Notes: generated by a model not told the origin, from the letters alone. DNA of 63,992 bases, filler included, from 7 parts of 7 records of this genome joined end to end with filler, not necessarily neighbours in it; one strand, 5' to 3'; counted from the whole stretch's first letter, positions 20,555 through 31,129 are shown. Numbers and translations are program-made.

Positions 20555-20746
20555 ATGGCACATCCTAAAAGAAAAATCTCGAAAACGAGAAGAGACAAAA
20601 GAAGAACACACGTTAAAGCGGTAGCTGATAATATTTCAACTTGCCCTACAACTGGTCAACCTCACCTTTTCCACAGAGCTCACTGGCACGAAGGAAAACT
20701 TTACTACAAAGGTAAAGTCGTGATGGAAAAAGAATTGGCTGTCTGA
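20555..20746 (+). CDS. rpmF: 50S ribosomal protein L32
   Basis: [19 protein letters not shown]...LYYKGK. Confidence 0.97.
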   Translation: MAHPKRKISKTRRDKRRTHVKAVADNISTCPTTGQPHLFHRAHWHEGKLYYKGKVVMEKELAV

Positions 20747-20781
20747 TAACAGGTTAAAGAGAATTTTTCTTGAAAAATTTT

Positions 20782-20819
20782 AAGGGATAACTGCGTATAA
20801 ACGCAGTTGTCCTTTTTTT
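20782..20819 (+). terminator. Intrinsic terminator after rpmF
   Basis: AAGGGATAACTGCGT-ataa-ACGCAGTTGTCCTTT followed by a T-tract. Confidence 0.85.
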
Positions 20820-20988
20820 GTTTGTACGATATCCTTCATAAATTCGTCTAGATTTATGTGTTTTTTGACGAAAATCGTACAGTTTTGCTTAAAAAATGAT
20901 CGAATCTTTCATTTTTTTGATAAATTTAGCCCTTATTTAAAACCGCAACTAAACCCAAATTAGTTCATCCAAAAGCTGACAGCAAACA

Positions 20989-21975
20989 ATGAGTAAAACA
21001 ACCGCCGCTATTACAGCAGTTCACGGATATGTTCCGGACAGGGTGCTTTCTAACCATGACCTTGAAAAAATGGTCGACACCAATGACGAATGGATTTTTA
21101 CCCGTACCGGAATAAAAGAAAGAAGATTGGCAGATGCTGGAGAGGCTTTGTCAGATTTTGGTGTTAAAATCATTGAAGGAATTCTTGAAAAAACTGGTTT
21201 AAAACCAGAAGATATTGATATGCTCGTAGTGGGTACTATTACGGCAGACTACCGTTTCCCTTCAGCAGCAAATGTTATTTGTGATAAGGCAGGCCTTAAA
21301 AATGCTTGGGGTTTTGACTTAAGCGCGGCTTGTTCTGGATTTTTATATGCCTTAGATATTGGTAAAACTTATATCGAAAACGGAACTTATAAAAAAGTGA
21401 TCGTAATTGGTGCAGATGTGATGTCTTCAATCATTAATTATAAAGATAGAGCAACTTGCATCATCTTCGGAGATGGTGGTGGAGGTGTGTTGCTGGAGCC
21501 TAATAATGATGGACTTGGAATTCAAGATTCAATTTTGAAATCTGATGGAGCTGGAAGACAGTTTTTACTTCAAAAAATTGGTGGTTCTGTTGAACCAATC
21601 ACAAAAGAGAATGCAGAGTCTGACGGACAATACGTTTTCCAGGAAGGGAAAACAGTATTTAAACATGCTGTAAAGAATATGGCTGATGTAGCAGTTGAAA
21701 TCATGGAGAAAAATGATTTAACCGCGGATGACATTGCATGGCTGGCGCCTCATCAAGCAAATCTTAGAATTATAGATGCTACAGCATCAAGAATGGGCTT
21801 GAATAATGATAAAATCATGATTAACATTGAGAAATTCGGTAATACAACTGCCGGAACAATTCCACTGTTATTATGGGAATATGAAAAGAAAATGAAAAAA
21901 GGCGATAATATCGTCCTTGCAGCGTTTGGCGGTGGATTCACTTGGGGTGCTATCTACGTTAAATGGGCATATTAA
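20989..21975 (+). CDS. fabH: Beta-ketoacyl-ACP synthase III
   Basis: DLSAACSGF (Cys), FGDGGG, PHQANLRII (His), GNT (Asn), AFGGGFTWG. Confidence 0.97.
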   Translation: MSKTTAAITAVHGYVPDRVLSNHDLEKMVDTNDEWIFTRTGIKERRLADAGEALSDFGVKIIEGILEKTGLKPEDIDMLVVGTITADYRFPSAANVICDKAGLKNAWGFDLSAACSGFLYALDIGKTYIENGTYKKVIVIGADVMSSIINYKDRATCIIFGDGGGGVLLEPNNDGLGIQDSILKSDGAGRQFLLQKIGGSVEPITKENAESDGQYVFQEGKTVFKHAVKNMADVAVEIMEKNDLTADDIAWLAPHQANLRIIDATASRMGLNNDKIMINIEKFGNTTAGTIPLLLWEYEKKMKKGDNIVLAAFGGGFTWGAIYVKWAY

Positions 21976-22011
21976 AAATAATTTTTAACTGAATAAGACT
22001 AAACACAAATT

Positions 22012-22503
22012 ATGGATATTAAGGAAATTCAAAATTTAATAAAGTTCGTATCAAAATCAGGAGTGAACGAAGTTGCCATAGAGCAAGGAGAGTTTAAAAT
22101 CACAATTAAAGCGGAGAACGCAAGTGCAACCGAGCAAGTATTTGTTCAACAAGCTCCAGTTGCGGTTCAAACAGCTCCACCTGCTGTACAACAAGCAGCT
22201 CCAGTGGCCGCTCCAGAAGCTACCGCACCTGCGGCAGAACCAGCAGCAGAAAGCAATGGTAATTTGGTTGAAATTAAATCTCCAATGATCGGAACATTCT
22301 ATAGAAGAAGTTCACCAGATAAAGATGCTTTTGTGAATGTTGGAGATACGATTAGTGCAGGTGATGTGATTTGTATTGTTGAAGCAATGAAGCTCTTCAA
22401 TGAAATCGAATCTGAAGTTGCAGGTAAAATTGTGAAAGTATTGGTAGACGATAATTCTCCTATTGAATATGACCAACCATTATTTTTAGTTGAGCCAGCT
22501 TAA
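22012..22503 (+). CDS. accB: Acetyl-CoA carboxylase biotin carboxyl carrier protein
   Basis: Ala/Pro linker, SPMIGTFY, EAMKLFNEIE biotinylation motif. Confidence 0.97.
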   Translation: MDIKEIQNLIKFVSKSGVNEVAIEQGEFKITIKAENASATEQVFVQQAPVAVQTAPPAVQQAAPVAAPEATAPAAEPAAESNGNLVEIKSPMIGTFYRRSSPDKDAFVNVGDTISAGDVICIVEAMKLFNEIESEVAGKIVKVLVDDNSPIEYDQPLFLVEPA

Positions 22504-22530
22504 ATAGCGGAGTTGATAAGCTAAATTGAA

Positions 22531-23031
22531 ATGAAAGTTTTCATTGTTAAAATCTCATGTCTGCTTGGATTAACTTTCTTGTTGACTGCATGCCCATACC
22601 AATCTAAGGTTGCTATAGGGCCGGCCGAGGAGAAGATAGACAAAAAACTTTTTGGTGAGTGGGTAGCTACAGCTGATTTAGAGTATGAGAACCCAACTTA
22701 TTACATCATAGAAAAATTCAATAAAGTAAAATACACGGTTACAGAAAATAGCTATAGTTCATACGATAGTACTTATACAAAGACTAAGTATTTTATGCAC
22801 TCAACAACGATTAACGACAGAATATTTTTAAATATTCAAGAGTATGCAGGTGGTGATTATTATTTGCATTATATCGAAATGGGAGACAATGGCTTTACTT
22901 TATTTGAGATTTCAGAAAATGTGGATGAACAATTTGTCACTTCTGATGAGCTCAAGGAATTTATTAAGAACAACATGAATTTAAGTTTTTTCTATACAAA
23001 AGGGGATGTCGAGTACATTCGAAAAACTTAG
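22531..23031 (+). CDS. Hypothetical lipoprotein
   Basis: 166 aa. Signal peptide with lipobox LLTAC, followed by a KLFGEW motif and a predicted beta-rich body. Confidence 0.8.
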   Translation: MKVFIVKISCLLGLTFLLTACPYQSKVAIGPAEEKIDKKLFGEWVATADLEYENPTYYIIEKFNKVKYTVTENSYSSYDSTYTKTKYFMHSTTINDRIFLNIQEYAGGDYYLHYIEMGDNGFTLFEISENVDEQFVTSDELKEFIKNNMNLSFFYTKGDVEYIRKT

Positions 23032-23049
23032 TAAAAAAAGAATAAAAAG

Positions 23050-24387
23050 ATGTTTGATAAAATATTAATAGCGAATAGAGGGGAAATTGCTTTGCGTGTA
23101 ATTAGAACATGTAAAGAGATGGGGATTAAAACCGTTGCAGTATATTCAACAGCAGATAGAGATAGTTTGCATGTTAGATTTGCGGATGAAGCGGTTTGTA
23201 TTGGACCTCCTCCAAGTTCGGAGTCTTATTTGGATATTCCAAAGATTATTGCTGCTTGTGAAATTACAAACGCAGACGCAGTGCATCCAGGATACGGATT
23301 CTTATCTGAAAATGCGCAATTCTCAAAAATTTGTGGAGAAAATGGTATCAAATTCATTGGTGCTTCTCCAGAAATGATTGAAGGAATGGGAGACAAGGCT
23401 TCTGCTAAAGCAACAATGGAAAAAGCTGGTGTACCATGTGTACCAGGTTCGCCAGGATTATTGAAAGATTTGGCTCATGCTAAAGAAACTGCTAAGAAAA
23501 TTGTTTATCCAGTGATGATTAAAGCTACCGCCGGTGGTGGTGGTAAAGGAATGCGTGTTGTATGGAGTGAAGACGAAATGGAAGAGCATTGGAACTCTGC
23601 AAGACAAGAGTCAAAAGCAGCTTTTGGAAATGACGGCATGTACATGGAGAAATTCATTGAAGAGCCACGTCATATAGAAATCCAAATTGCTGGTGACAGA
23701 TACGGAAATGCTTGTCACATGTCTGAAAGAGATTGCTCTATTCAAAGAAGACACCAAAAATTAGTAGAAGAAGTTCCTTCTCCTTTTATGACTCAAAAAT
23801 TGCGTAAAGCAATGGGTAAAGCGGCCGTTAAAGCTGCAAAGGCCGTAAAATATGAAGGTGTTGGAACGGTAGAGTTTTTAGTTGATAAGAACAGAGATTT
23901 TTACTTCATGGAAATGAATACAAGAATCCAAGTTGAACATACCATTACCGAAGAGGTAATTAATTATGATCTAATTAAAGAGCAAATTAAATTAGCTGCA
24001 GGTGATAAAATTGAAGGAAAAGAATACATTCCTCAATTACATGCAATTCAATGTAGAATCAACGCCGAAGATCCGCATAATGATTTTAGACCTTCACCAG
24101 GAAAAATCACAGATTATCACGAGCCGGGTGGTCATGGAATCCGTATCGACACCCACGTTTATGCAGGATATGTTATTCCACCATACTACGATTCAATGAT
24201 TTCAAAATTGATTACTGTAGCACAAACACGTGAAGAGGCAATTACAAAAATGGAAAGAGCGCTTGAAGAATATTTCATTGATGGCGTTAAAACAACAATT
24301 CCATTCCACAGACAATTAATGAAAGATCCTGAATTTAGAAAGGGTAATTTTACCACTAAGTTCATGGATACTTTTAAAATCAAATAA
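23050..24387 (+). CDS. accC: Biotin carboxylase
   Basis: [54 protein letters not shown]. Confidence 0.98.
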   Translation: MFDKILIANRGEIALRVIRTCKEMGIKTVAVYSTADRDSLHVRFADEAVCIGPPPSSESYLDIPKIIAACEITNADAVHPGYGFLSENAQFSKICGENGIKFIGASPEMIEGMGDKASAKATMEKAGVPCVPGSPGLLKDLAHAKETAKKIVYPVMIKATAGGGGKGMRVVWSEDEMEEHWNSARQESKAAFGNDGMYMEKFIEEPRHIEIQIAGDRYGNACHMSERDCSIQRRHQKLVEEVPSPFMTQKLRKAMGKAAVKAAKAVKYEGVGTVEFLVDKNRDFYFMEMNTRIQVEHTITEEVINYDLIKEQIKLAAGDKIEGKEYIPQLHAIQCRINAEDPHNDFRPSPGKITDYHEPGGHGIRIDTHVYAGYVIPPYYDSMISKLITVAQTREEAITKMERALEEYFIDGVKTTIPFHRQLMKDPEFRKGNFTTKFMDTFKIK

Positions 24388-24389
24388 TT

Positions 24390-24423
24390 AAAAAAAGTCT
24401 CGCCAATTTGGTGAGACTTTTTT
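24390..24423 (+). terminator. Intrinsic terminator after accC
   Basis: AAAAAAGTCTCGCCA-att-TGGTGAGACTTTTTT. Confidence 0.85.
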
Positions 24424-24499
24424 ATTTGAGAGAGATAATAGATAATATGCTGTATCCCTTATTTATTTTGACTTTGCAGTAACTTTTCAGTAACCTAAT

Positions 24500-25585
24500 T
24501 TGTTAAAGCGAGTATATATTATTGGTTTGATTAAAAAATTAAGCTTCATATTACTATTGTGGTTACCCTTGGGTTCAATTGGGCAGGATATTCATTTCTC
24601 TCAAACTACACGGGCTTTGTTTCAAATTAACCCTGCTTTTACAGGGGCCTTCAGTGGAAACTTAAGGGCCGAGATTAATTGGAAGGATCAATGGCAATCC
24701 ATCAATAAATCATTCCGAACATACGGCGCCTCTTTTCAATATTCATTCGGAAAAGGAAATCCAAGACGTCCTATGTTTTTTGCTTTAGGGCTGCAAGCCT
24801 TCAAAGATGTTGCGGGTGATGTTGAGATTGGCAATACGCAAGGTGGACTGACATTTACAACCTTTATTCCGGTGAGCAGAAATGGTAGGTTTTCAATGGG
24901 AATTCAAGGCAATTACGGTGTGACCGGCCTAGACCCTTCTAAAATGCAATGGGGCAGTCAATACAATGGTTTAAATTTTGATCCAGCATTGACCAATGGG
25001 TCTGGAATAGAATTCCAAGGTTTTTCATACGGAGATGTGAGTGCAGGAATCGGATATTGGTACACTAGACGAGATAGAAATGTCACGGCCAGTGCCCCGC
25101 AAGACGCTAAAATAGGGTTTTCGGTCTATCACATTAACCGACCAGCGTTTACATACAATGCAGATAAAACTAATAAATTGAAGATGCGATTTGTGTTGCA
25201 TGGTTCTGCATTATTTTCAACCAACACAGAAGATCTATATTGGTATCCGAATTTGACACTTTCAATGCAAGGAAAACAACATGAAGTACTTGTCGGATCG
25301 CTTTGGAAATACCGATTAAAAGCTGCTTCTAAAACAACTGGCTTTAATTCTGAAATGTCCATTACGGGCGGATTGGATATGAGAATCACCAATGTTTTGG
25401 ACGCAATAATTCCTCAAATATATCTGGGTATTTCAAATTTCTCAGTGGGCATGTCGTACGACATCAATATCTCAAGATTAAATCAAGCATCATCTTATAG
25501 AGGGGGCTTCGAATTATCAATAAGATTCACGAATCCAGACTCTTATTATCACCGCAATCCATTTAGACGTGGAGTTTCAATTTAA
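24500..25585 (+). CDS. PorP/SprF family type IX secretion system membrane protein
   Basis: Signal peptide followed by QDIHFSQ...INPAFTG, DQW, YHINRP and GMSYDINISRL...GGFELSI. Start may be 24527. Confidence 0.85.
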   Translation: MLKRVYIIGLIKKLSFILLLWLPLGSIGQDIHFSQTTRALFQINPAFTGAFSGNLRAEINWKDQWQSINKSFRTYGASFQYSFGKGNPRRPMFFALGLQAFKDVAGDVEIGNTQGGLTFTTFIPVSRNGRFSMGIQGNYGVTGLDPSKMQWGSQYNGLNFDPALTNGSGIEFQGFSYGDVSAGIGYWYTRRDRNVTASAPQDAKIGFSVYHINRPAFTYNADKTNKLKMRFVLHGSALFSTNTEDLYWYPNLTLSMQGKQHEVLVGSLWKYRLKAASKTTGFNSEMSITGGLDMRITNVLDAIIPQIYLGISNFSVGMSYDINISRLNQASSYRGGFELSIRFTNPDSYYHRNPFRRGVSI

Positions 25586-25648
25586 ACGTTGAATACGGCG
25601 CATATCTGTAATAATTTTTTATATTTGTTATTCGCCAAAATCATTGAA

Positions 25649-27439
25649 ATGAAGTCATTTAAAATTTTCATTCTAAGTTCTATTTTTATTGGATTTCTAG
25701 CCTCTTGTGGAGGCGCTGAAGAAGCAACCGAAGAAGAAGGTGATCCTTCTGTCTTAGAAAAGGTTGAAGGAGGTAAATTCTCTGGTGGAATCTTGAGAGT
25801 TAACTCTATTGAGGATTTCACTTCATTATTTCCTGTAGAAGTGAATGATGTGTACTCAACCCATGTCCTTTCAAATACTTATGAGGGTCTTTTTAGATTT
25901 GATCAAAAAACGCTTGAAACTAAACCTGCTCTAGCAGAAAGTTTTGACATTGATAATTCTAAAACAGTTTATACTTTCCAAATTCGTGAAGGTGTAATGT
26001 TCCATGATGATGATTGTTTTTCAGGTGGAACGGGAAGAGAAATGGATGCGAATGATGTGAAGTATTGTCTGGATTATGTGTGTTCTACGCACGAAGCAAA
26101 CAAATGGAGCTCTTTATTTAGGGATGTAATTGTGGGAGCTGAGGAATATCAATCAGGATCTGCAAAAGAAGTGTCAGGAATCAAAGTGGTTGATAAGTAT
26201 ACCATTGAAGTAAAAATCAATGACCCGTTGTCTTCATTGCCAGATATGCTTGCTCTAATGTCTACGGCTATTTATCCTAAAGAGGCAGTAGATCATTATG
26301 GATATGATGGATTGAGAAATCACATGGTTGGTACTGGTCCATTCATTGCGACCACAATTGAAAACGGAAATAAAGTTGAATTCAAAAAGAATAAAAATTA
26401 TTGGAGAACAGATGAGTTCGGGAATCAATTGCCATTCCTTAACAGAGTTGAGGTTTCTTTTATCAAGGATAAAAAAGCTGAATTGGATGCCTTTAAAGCA
26501 GATGAGTTAGACATGGTTTGGGGATTACCTGTAGAGGAAATTCAAAATATCATGGGTACACTTGAAGAAGCAAAAGAAGGGAAGAATAAAGAATTCGAAG
26601 TACAATCTGTGAATAGCCTGAACATCCAGTATTACGGTTTCAAATTTACGGATGAAGTCTTTTCTAATAAAAATGTGAGATTAGCATTTAACTATGCTAT
26701 CGATAGAGATTCACTTGTAGAATTTGTATTGGATGGTGAAGGTGTTCCTGCTCACAACGGATTCGTTCCGCCTATGTCAGGTTATCCTTACGAAACAGTA
26801 AATGGTTTCAAATATGATCCTGTAAAAGCGAAATCCCTAATGGCCAAAGCAGGCTATGCAAATGGCAAAGGATTTCCTGAATTAACCATTTCATTAAATA
26901 AAAGTGGTGGTGTAAACGTAAAAATCGCGGAGTTCTTAATTAGTATGCTTCAAAATAATTTAGGTGTAAAAGTGACAATGGAGACTATGCCAATGTCTGA
27001 GTTGTTCCCTAAAGTTGAAGCAGGAGATTTAGATTTCTGGAGATTCGGTTGGATTGCAGATTATCCTGATCCAGCGACATTCTTGAATTTATTCCACAGT
27101 ACAAATCAAGATGGACCTGAAGGTCAAGGAAACAACTATTTCAGCTACTTAAATCCAGAATACGATAAGATATTTGAAGCGGCAATTAAGGAAATTGATG
27201 TAGAGAAGAGAAATAAACTTTATGCTCAAGCAGATCAAATTGTAATTGATGATGCAGTTGTAATGCCTATTATGTTTAATGTCGGCATCAGATTGTTAAA
27301 TCCATTATTGAAAGATTTTGATATCAATGAAATGGAGTATCGCGACTTAGCGGTGGTAAACTTTAAAGAGAAGAAAGATAAAGTAAGAATTTACGATAAT
27401 CTTGTTGATGAAGAAGGGAATCCAAAGGATCCGCAATAG
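25649..27439 (+). CDS. ABC transporter family-5 (oligopeptide-type) substrate-binding lipoprotein
   Basis: Lipobox FLASC, YEGL, PALAESF, YTFQIREGVMFHD, GTGPF, VRLAFNYAIDR, GWIADYPDP. Confidence 0.92.
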   Translation: MKSFKIFILSSIFIGFLASCGGAEEATEEEGDPSVLEKVEGGKFSGGILRVNSIEDFTSLFPVEVNDVYSTHVLSNTYEGLFRFDQKTLETKPALAESFDIDNSKTVYTFQIREGVMFHDDDCFSGGTGREMDANDVKYCLDYVCSTHEANKWSSLFRDVIVGAEEYQSGSAKEVSGIKVVDKYTIEVKINDPLSSLPDMLALMSTAIYPKEAVDHYGYDGLRNHMVGTGPFIATTIENGNKVEFKKNKNYWRTDEFGNQLPFLNRVEVSFIKDKKAELDAFKADELDMVWGLPVEEIQNIMGTLEEAKEGKNKEFEVQSVNSLNIQYYGFKFTDEVFSNKNVRLAFNYAIDRDSLVEFVLDGEGVPAHNGFVPPMSGYPYETVNGFKYDPVKAKSLMAKAGYANGKGFPELTISLNKSGGVNVKIAEFLISMLQNNLGVKVTMETMPMSELFPKVEAGDLDFWRFGWIADYPDPATFLNLFHSTNQDGPEGQGNNYFSYLNPEYDKIFEAAIKEIDVEKRNKLYAQADQIVIDDAVVMPIMFNVGIRLLNPLLKDFDINEMEYRDLAVVNFKEKKDKVRIYDNLVDEEGNPKDPQ

Positions 27440-27456
27440 TTAAAAGAATTGAAAAT

Positions 27457-27493
27457 AAAAAACCGTCTCGGCTTGGCCCAGACGGTTTTTTTT
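27457..27493. terminator. Bidirectional intrinsic terminator
   Basis: AAAAAACCGTCT...AGACGGTTTTTTT between the convergent SBP and asd genes. Confidence 0.85.
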
Positions 27494-27514
27494 ATGCTTC
27501 ATCAAAGCAGTCTT

Positions 27515-28507
27515 TTAAGCTTTTACTAATTTTTGTTCTATAACGTACTTAGCGATTTGTATAGCGTTTGTTGCGGCCCCTTTTCTGAGGTTGTCTGCAA
27601 CTATCCACATATTCAATGTGTTTGCTTGACTTTCGTCTCTTCTTATTCTTCCCACAAACACATCATTTTTTCCTTTTGCATAAAGCGGCATAGGATAAGT
27701 GTTAGTATCTGGATTGTCCTTTAAAGTGATGCCTTCTGTGTTGTTTAATAAAGCTCGGACCTGTGTGAGATCAAAGTCATTTTCAAACTCAATATTAACA
27801 GACTCAGAATGTCCACCTGATACTGGAACCCGAACAGCCGTGGCTGTCACATTGATGCGATCGTCTAATATCTTTTTGGTTTCATTGGTCAATTTCATTT
27901 CCTCCTTTGTGTAGCCATTTTCTTCAAAAACATCACAGTGCGGCAAACAGTTTTCATTGATGGGATATGGATAAGCCATCTCACCTTCAGTTCCAGACTT
28001 TTCGTTTTCTAATTGTTGAATGGCTTTCACTCCAGTTCCTGATATAGATTGATAAGTGGATACTACGACTCGTTTAATCGTATACTTTTTATGAAGCGGA
28101 GCAAGTGCCAACACCATCTGAATGGTAGAACAATTAGGGTTGGCAATTATTTTGTCGTTATCGGTAAGTTGATCTGCGTTAATTTCAGGAACTATGAGTT
28201 TGTGATCAGGTGACATTCTCCATGCTGAAGAATTGTCAATCACAGTTGTCCCAACTTCTGCAAATCTTGGTGCCCACTCTAAAGATGTTCCACCACCCGC
28301 ACTAAAAATGGCAATATCCGGTTTCAATTCAACAGCCTCTTGCAAACTTTTAATGGTGTACTCCTTATTTTGATAGTTCATAGATTTTCCTACCGATCTT
28401 TCAGATGCCACCAAATAAAGATCTTCAAATTCAATTTTAAATTCGCTTAACACGTTTAAAATTTCTGTTCCTACAAGTCCCGTAGCACCTACAATTGCTA
28501 TTCTCAT
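27515..28507 (-). CDS. asd: Aspartate-semialdehyde dehydrogenase
   Basis: IVGATGLVG, DNSSAWRM, IANPNCSTIQ, STYQSISG, DNLRKGAATNA. Confidence 0.98.
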   Translation of the reverse strand: MRIAIVGATGLVGTEILNVLSEFKIEFEDLYLVASERSVGKSMNYQNKEYTIKSLQEAVELKPDIAIFSAGGGTSLEWAPRFAEVGTTVIDNSSAWRMSPDHKLIVPEINADQLTDNDKIIANPNCSTIQMVLALAPLHKKYTIKRVVVSTYQSISGTGVKAIQQLENEKSGTEGEMAYPYPINENCLPHCDVFEENGYTKEEMKLTNETKKILDDRINVTATAVRVPVSGGHSESVNIEFENDFDLTQVRALLNNTEGITLKDNPDTNTYPMPLYAKGKNDVFVGRIRRDESQANTLNMWIVADNLRKGAATNAIQIAKYVIEQKLVKA

Positions 28508-28529
28508 GATATTGCTTTTTTTAACACCC

Positions 28530-28547
28530 CAAAAGTAGTATATTTAG
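28530..28547. promoter_or_regulatory. Back-to-back divergent Bacteroidota -7 elements
   Basis: TACTTTTG on the minus strand (28530-28537) toward asd, and TATATTTAG on the plus strand (28539-28547) toward the LTD gene. Confidence 0.45.
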
Positions 28548-28567
28548 CACTGGAAAAAATTCACCGA

Positions 28568-31129
28568 ATGCGTTTTTATTTAACAGTTTTATTATTAGTG
28601 GTTAATTGTCTTGTATTTGGTCAATTTTCAGAAGATTTCGGAGACGGTGATTTTACGGCAAACCCAACCTGGTCGGGCCAAACTTCTAACTTTATTGTCA
28701 ATGGAGCGAATGAATTACAATTAAACGCGCCGGCCGTAACTGACACTTCTTATTTATCAGTAGCTTCTAGTTCTGTCGATAATGTTGTTTGGGATTTTTA
28801 TGTAAGAATGGAATTTAATCCTTCAAGCTCTAATTACACACGATTATATTTAATGGCTGATAATCCTAACTTAAAAGGAAGTTTGAATGGCTATTTTGTT
28901 TTGTTGGGTAATACGACAGACGAAATTAGTTTATACCGACAAGATGGTTTGGCCACAACTGAAATTTTAGATGGGGTGGATGATGTACTTGATGTCACAA
29001 ACGCAATTGCAAGAGTTCAAGTAACAAGAGATGCTGCAGGTAACTGGGGAGTTTCCCGAGACACATCAGGAGGTTATAATTTTGTTTCTGAAGGAACTGT
29101 CTTAGATGCAACTTATACTTCAGCTTCTCATTTTGGCGTGTTTTGTCGATATACTTCTACAAGGTCAACCAGCTTCTTCTTTGATAACCTTGGCGTGCCA
29201 TACGTGGATGCAACAATTCCCACACTTATTTCAGCTAACCCAACTTCCAGTACGACCCTTGATGTCCAGTTTTCTGAAATTGTAGATCAAGCAACTGCAG
29301 AAACTGCTTCGAATTATTCAGTTGATAATGGCTTAGGGGCGCCAAGTACGGCAGTTTTGGATGGTGCTGACCCTTCAATTGTGCATTTGACCTTTCCAAC
29401 TAGCTTTTTGAATGCTACTAATTATGTATTAAGCGTCAATAATGTTGAGGATTTAGGAGGTAATTCTGTAGTCAATCCTTCAACAGCGAATTTCTTTTAT
29501 TTTGTGCCTTCAACGCCTATTGCAAATGATGTTATCATAACAGAATTCGTATGCGATCAATCGCCTGCAGTTGGTCTACCAGAAGTTGAATATGTAGAAA
29601 TTTACAACCGATCATTAAATTATTTTGATTTGAACAACTGGACACTTTCAGATGCTTCCGGCTCGGCAACTTTTTCTTCATACATTCTAGGCCCTGGTGA
29701 GTACCTTCTAATAACTAACACAGGAGATGGAGCACAATTCTTCATCTCAAATTACACTGAAATTTCTTTGCCTTCGCTAAACAATTCGGATGATGCAATC
29801 GTGATTAAGGATGATTTGGGAAATACAATCGATTCAATTTATTACACGGATGATTGGTATCAAGATGCAAGCAAAGATGAGGGTGGATGGTCAATTGAAA
29901 GAAAACACCTTGACGCACCTTGTAATGATATCAGTAACTGGGCAGCTTGTGTTGATTTGGTAGGTGGAACACCTGGATTTCAAAACTCTATTTGGACTGA
30001 CCAAGATGATGTTGATCCGCCTAGCATAAACGCATTCACAATAATCTCAGCTAGTGAGGTGAATATTGAATTTTCTGAACTCTTAGATACCAATTTTGCG
30101 GCTACAGTTACTATAAGTCCAGCGGTCGGTACTTTAAATTGGCAATATCAATCCGAATCTTCGTTGAATGTTTATCCGAATACAATGGTACCAGGTGTAA
30201 TGTACGACCTTACTGTGTCTTCAAGTCAAGATTGCTGGGGTAATAGCATGAATAGTGAAACTATAGTTGTTGGTTTGCCTGATTCTATTGAACAAGGAGA
30301 TATTATCTTAAATGAAATCATGTTTAATCCGCTCACAAATGGCTCAGATTATGTTGAGTTGTATAATAATTCTGATAAAATTTTAGATTTAAAAGAACTG
30401 TTCTTAGCGAACTGGGATGACGATTCTATTGCAAATTACAAGTCAATTACAGATGTGCAAAGACTGATTCTACCACAAGAATATGTCCTGATTACTGAAG
30501 ATACTAATGACATTATCAATGACTTCTCAATTTATGGTCTAGGCACTTTTGTTCAAGCAAATGATATTCCAACCTATCCCAATGATTCAGGGACGGTATA
30601 CGTGCTTTCAAAAGATTCAATCATCATTGATTTCTTTCATTATGATGAAGATTTTCATTTTGAATTGCTCGCCTCTAATGATGGCAAGTCTCTTGAACGA
30701 ATTGCTTTTGATGGAGAAATGAATAACCCTGACAATTGGCACACTGCTGCGGAGACGGTAGAATGGGGAACACCCGGTTACGAAAACTCGCAGTTGTTCG
30801 AAGCTGAAGTTGCAGGAGAAGTTACCGTTGACCCACAAATGTTCTCACCAGATAGTGACGGATACAATGATGTGCTCACCATCACCTTAGATTTGTCATC
30901 AACAGAAAACATTGTGAACATTGAAATTTTTGATAATTACGGAAGATTAATTAGAGAATTAAAAGACAATTTTTTCGCTGGGAATTTCAGTACCTACACA
31001 TGGGATGGAATCACAGATGATGGTGAAAAAGCTCTGATCGGAACTTACGTAATCTTGATTTCAGTAACAGATGCTGACGGCAACAGAACGCAATTTAAGA
31101 AAGTGGCCGTGCTAGCCGGAAATTTATAG
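28568..31129 (+). CDS. Secreted lamin-tail-domain (LTD) protein with Ig-like domains and a T9SS-type C-terminal domain
   Basis: Signal peptide. Two LTD motifs (VIITEF..D...EYVEIYN...GTPGFQNS and IILNEIMFNP...YVELYN...GTPGYENS). C-terminal FSPDSDGYND...IFDNYGRLI...WDG...GTYV. Confidence 0.85.
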   Translation: MRFYLTVLLLVVNCLVFGQFSEDFGDGDFTANPTWSGQTSNFIVNGANELQLNAPAVTDTSYLSVASSSVDNVVWDFYVRMEFNPSSSNYTRLYLMADNPNLKGSLNGYFVLLGNTTDEISLYRQDGLATTEILDGVDDVLDVTNAIARVQVTRDAAGNWGVSRDTSGGYNFVSEGTVLDATYTSASHFGVFCRYTSTRSTSFFFDNLGVPYVDATIPTLISANPTSSTTLDVQFSEIVDQATAETASNYSVDNGLGAPSTAVLDGADPSIVHLTFPTSFLNATNYVLSVNNVEDLGGNSVVNPSTANFFYFVPSTPIANDVIITEFVCDQSPAVGLPEVEYVEIYNRSLNYFDLNNWTLSDASGSATFSSYILGPGEYLLITNTGDGAQFFISNYTEISLPSLNNSDDAIVIKDDLGNTIDSIYYTDDWYQDASKDEGGWSIERKHLDAPCNDISNWAACVDLVGGTPGFQNSIWTDQDDVDPPSINAFTIISASEVNIEFSELLDTNFAATVTISPAVGTLNWQYQSESSLNVYPNTMVPGVMYDLTVSSSQDCWGNSMNSETIVVGLPDSIEQGDIILNEIMFNPLTNGSDYVELYNNSDKILDLKELFLANWDDDSIANYKSITDVQRLILPQEYVLITEDTNDIINDFSIYGLGTFVQANDIPTYPNDSGTVYVLSKDSIIIDFFHYDEDFHFELLASNDGKSLERIAFDGEMNNPDNWHTAAETVEWGTPGYENSQLFEAEVAGEVTVDPQMFSPDSDGYNDVLTITLDLSSTENIVNIEIFDNYGRLIRELKDNFFAGNFSTYTWDGITDDGEKALIGTYVILISVTDADGNRTQFKKVAVLAGNL

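Noticed and set aside
20555..20746. L32 lacking a full Cys4 zinc ribbon
   Set aside because: This is a common form in Flavobacteriia and is not novel.
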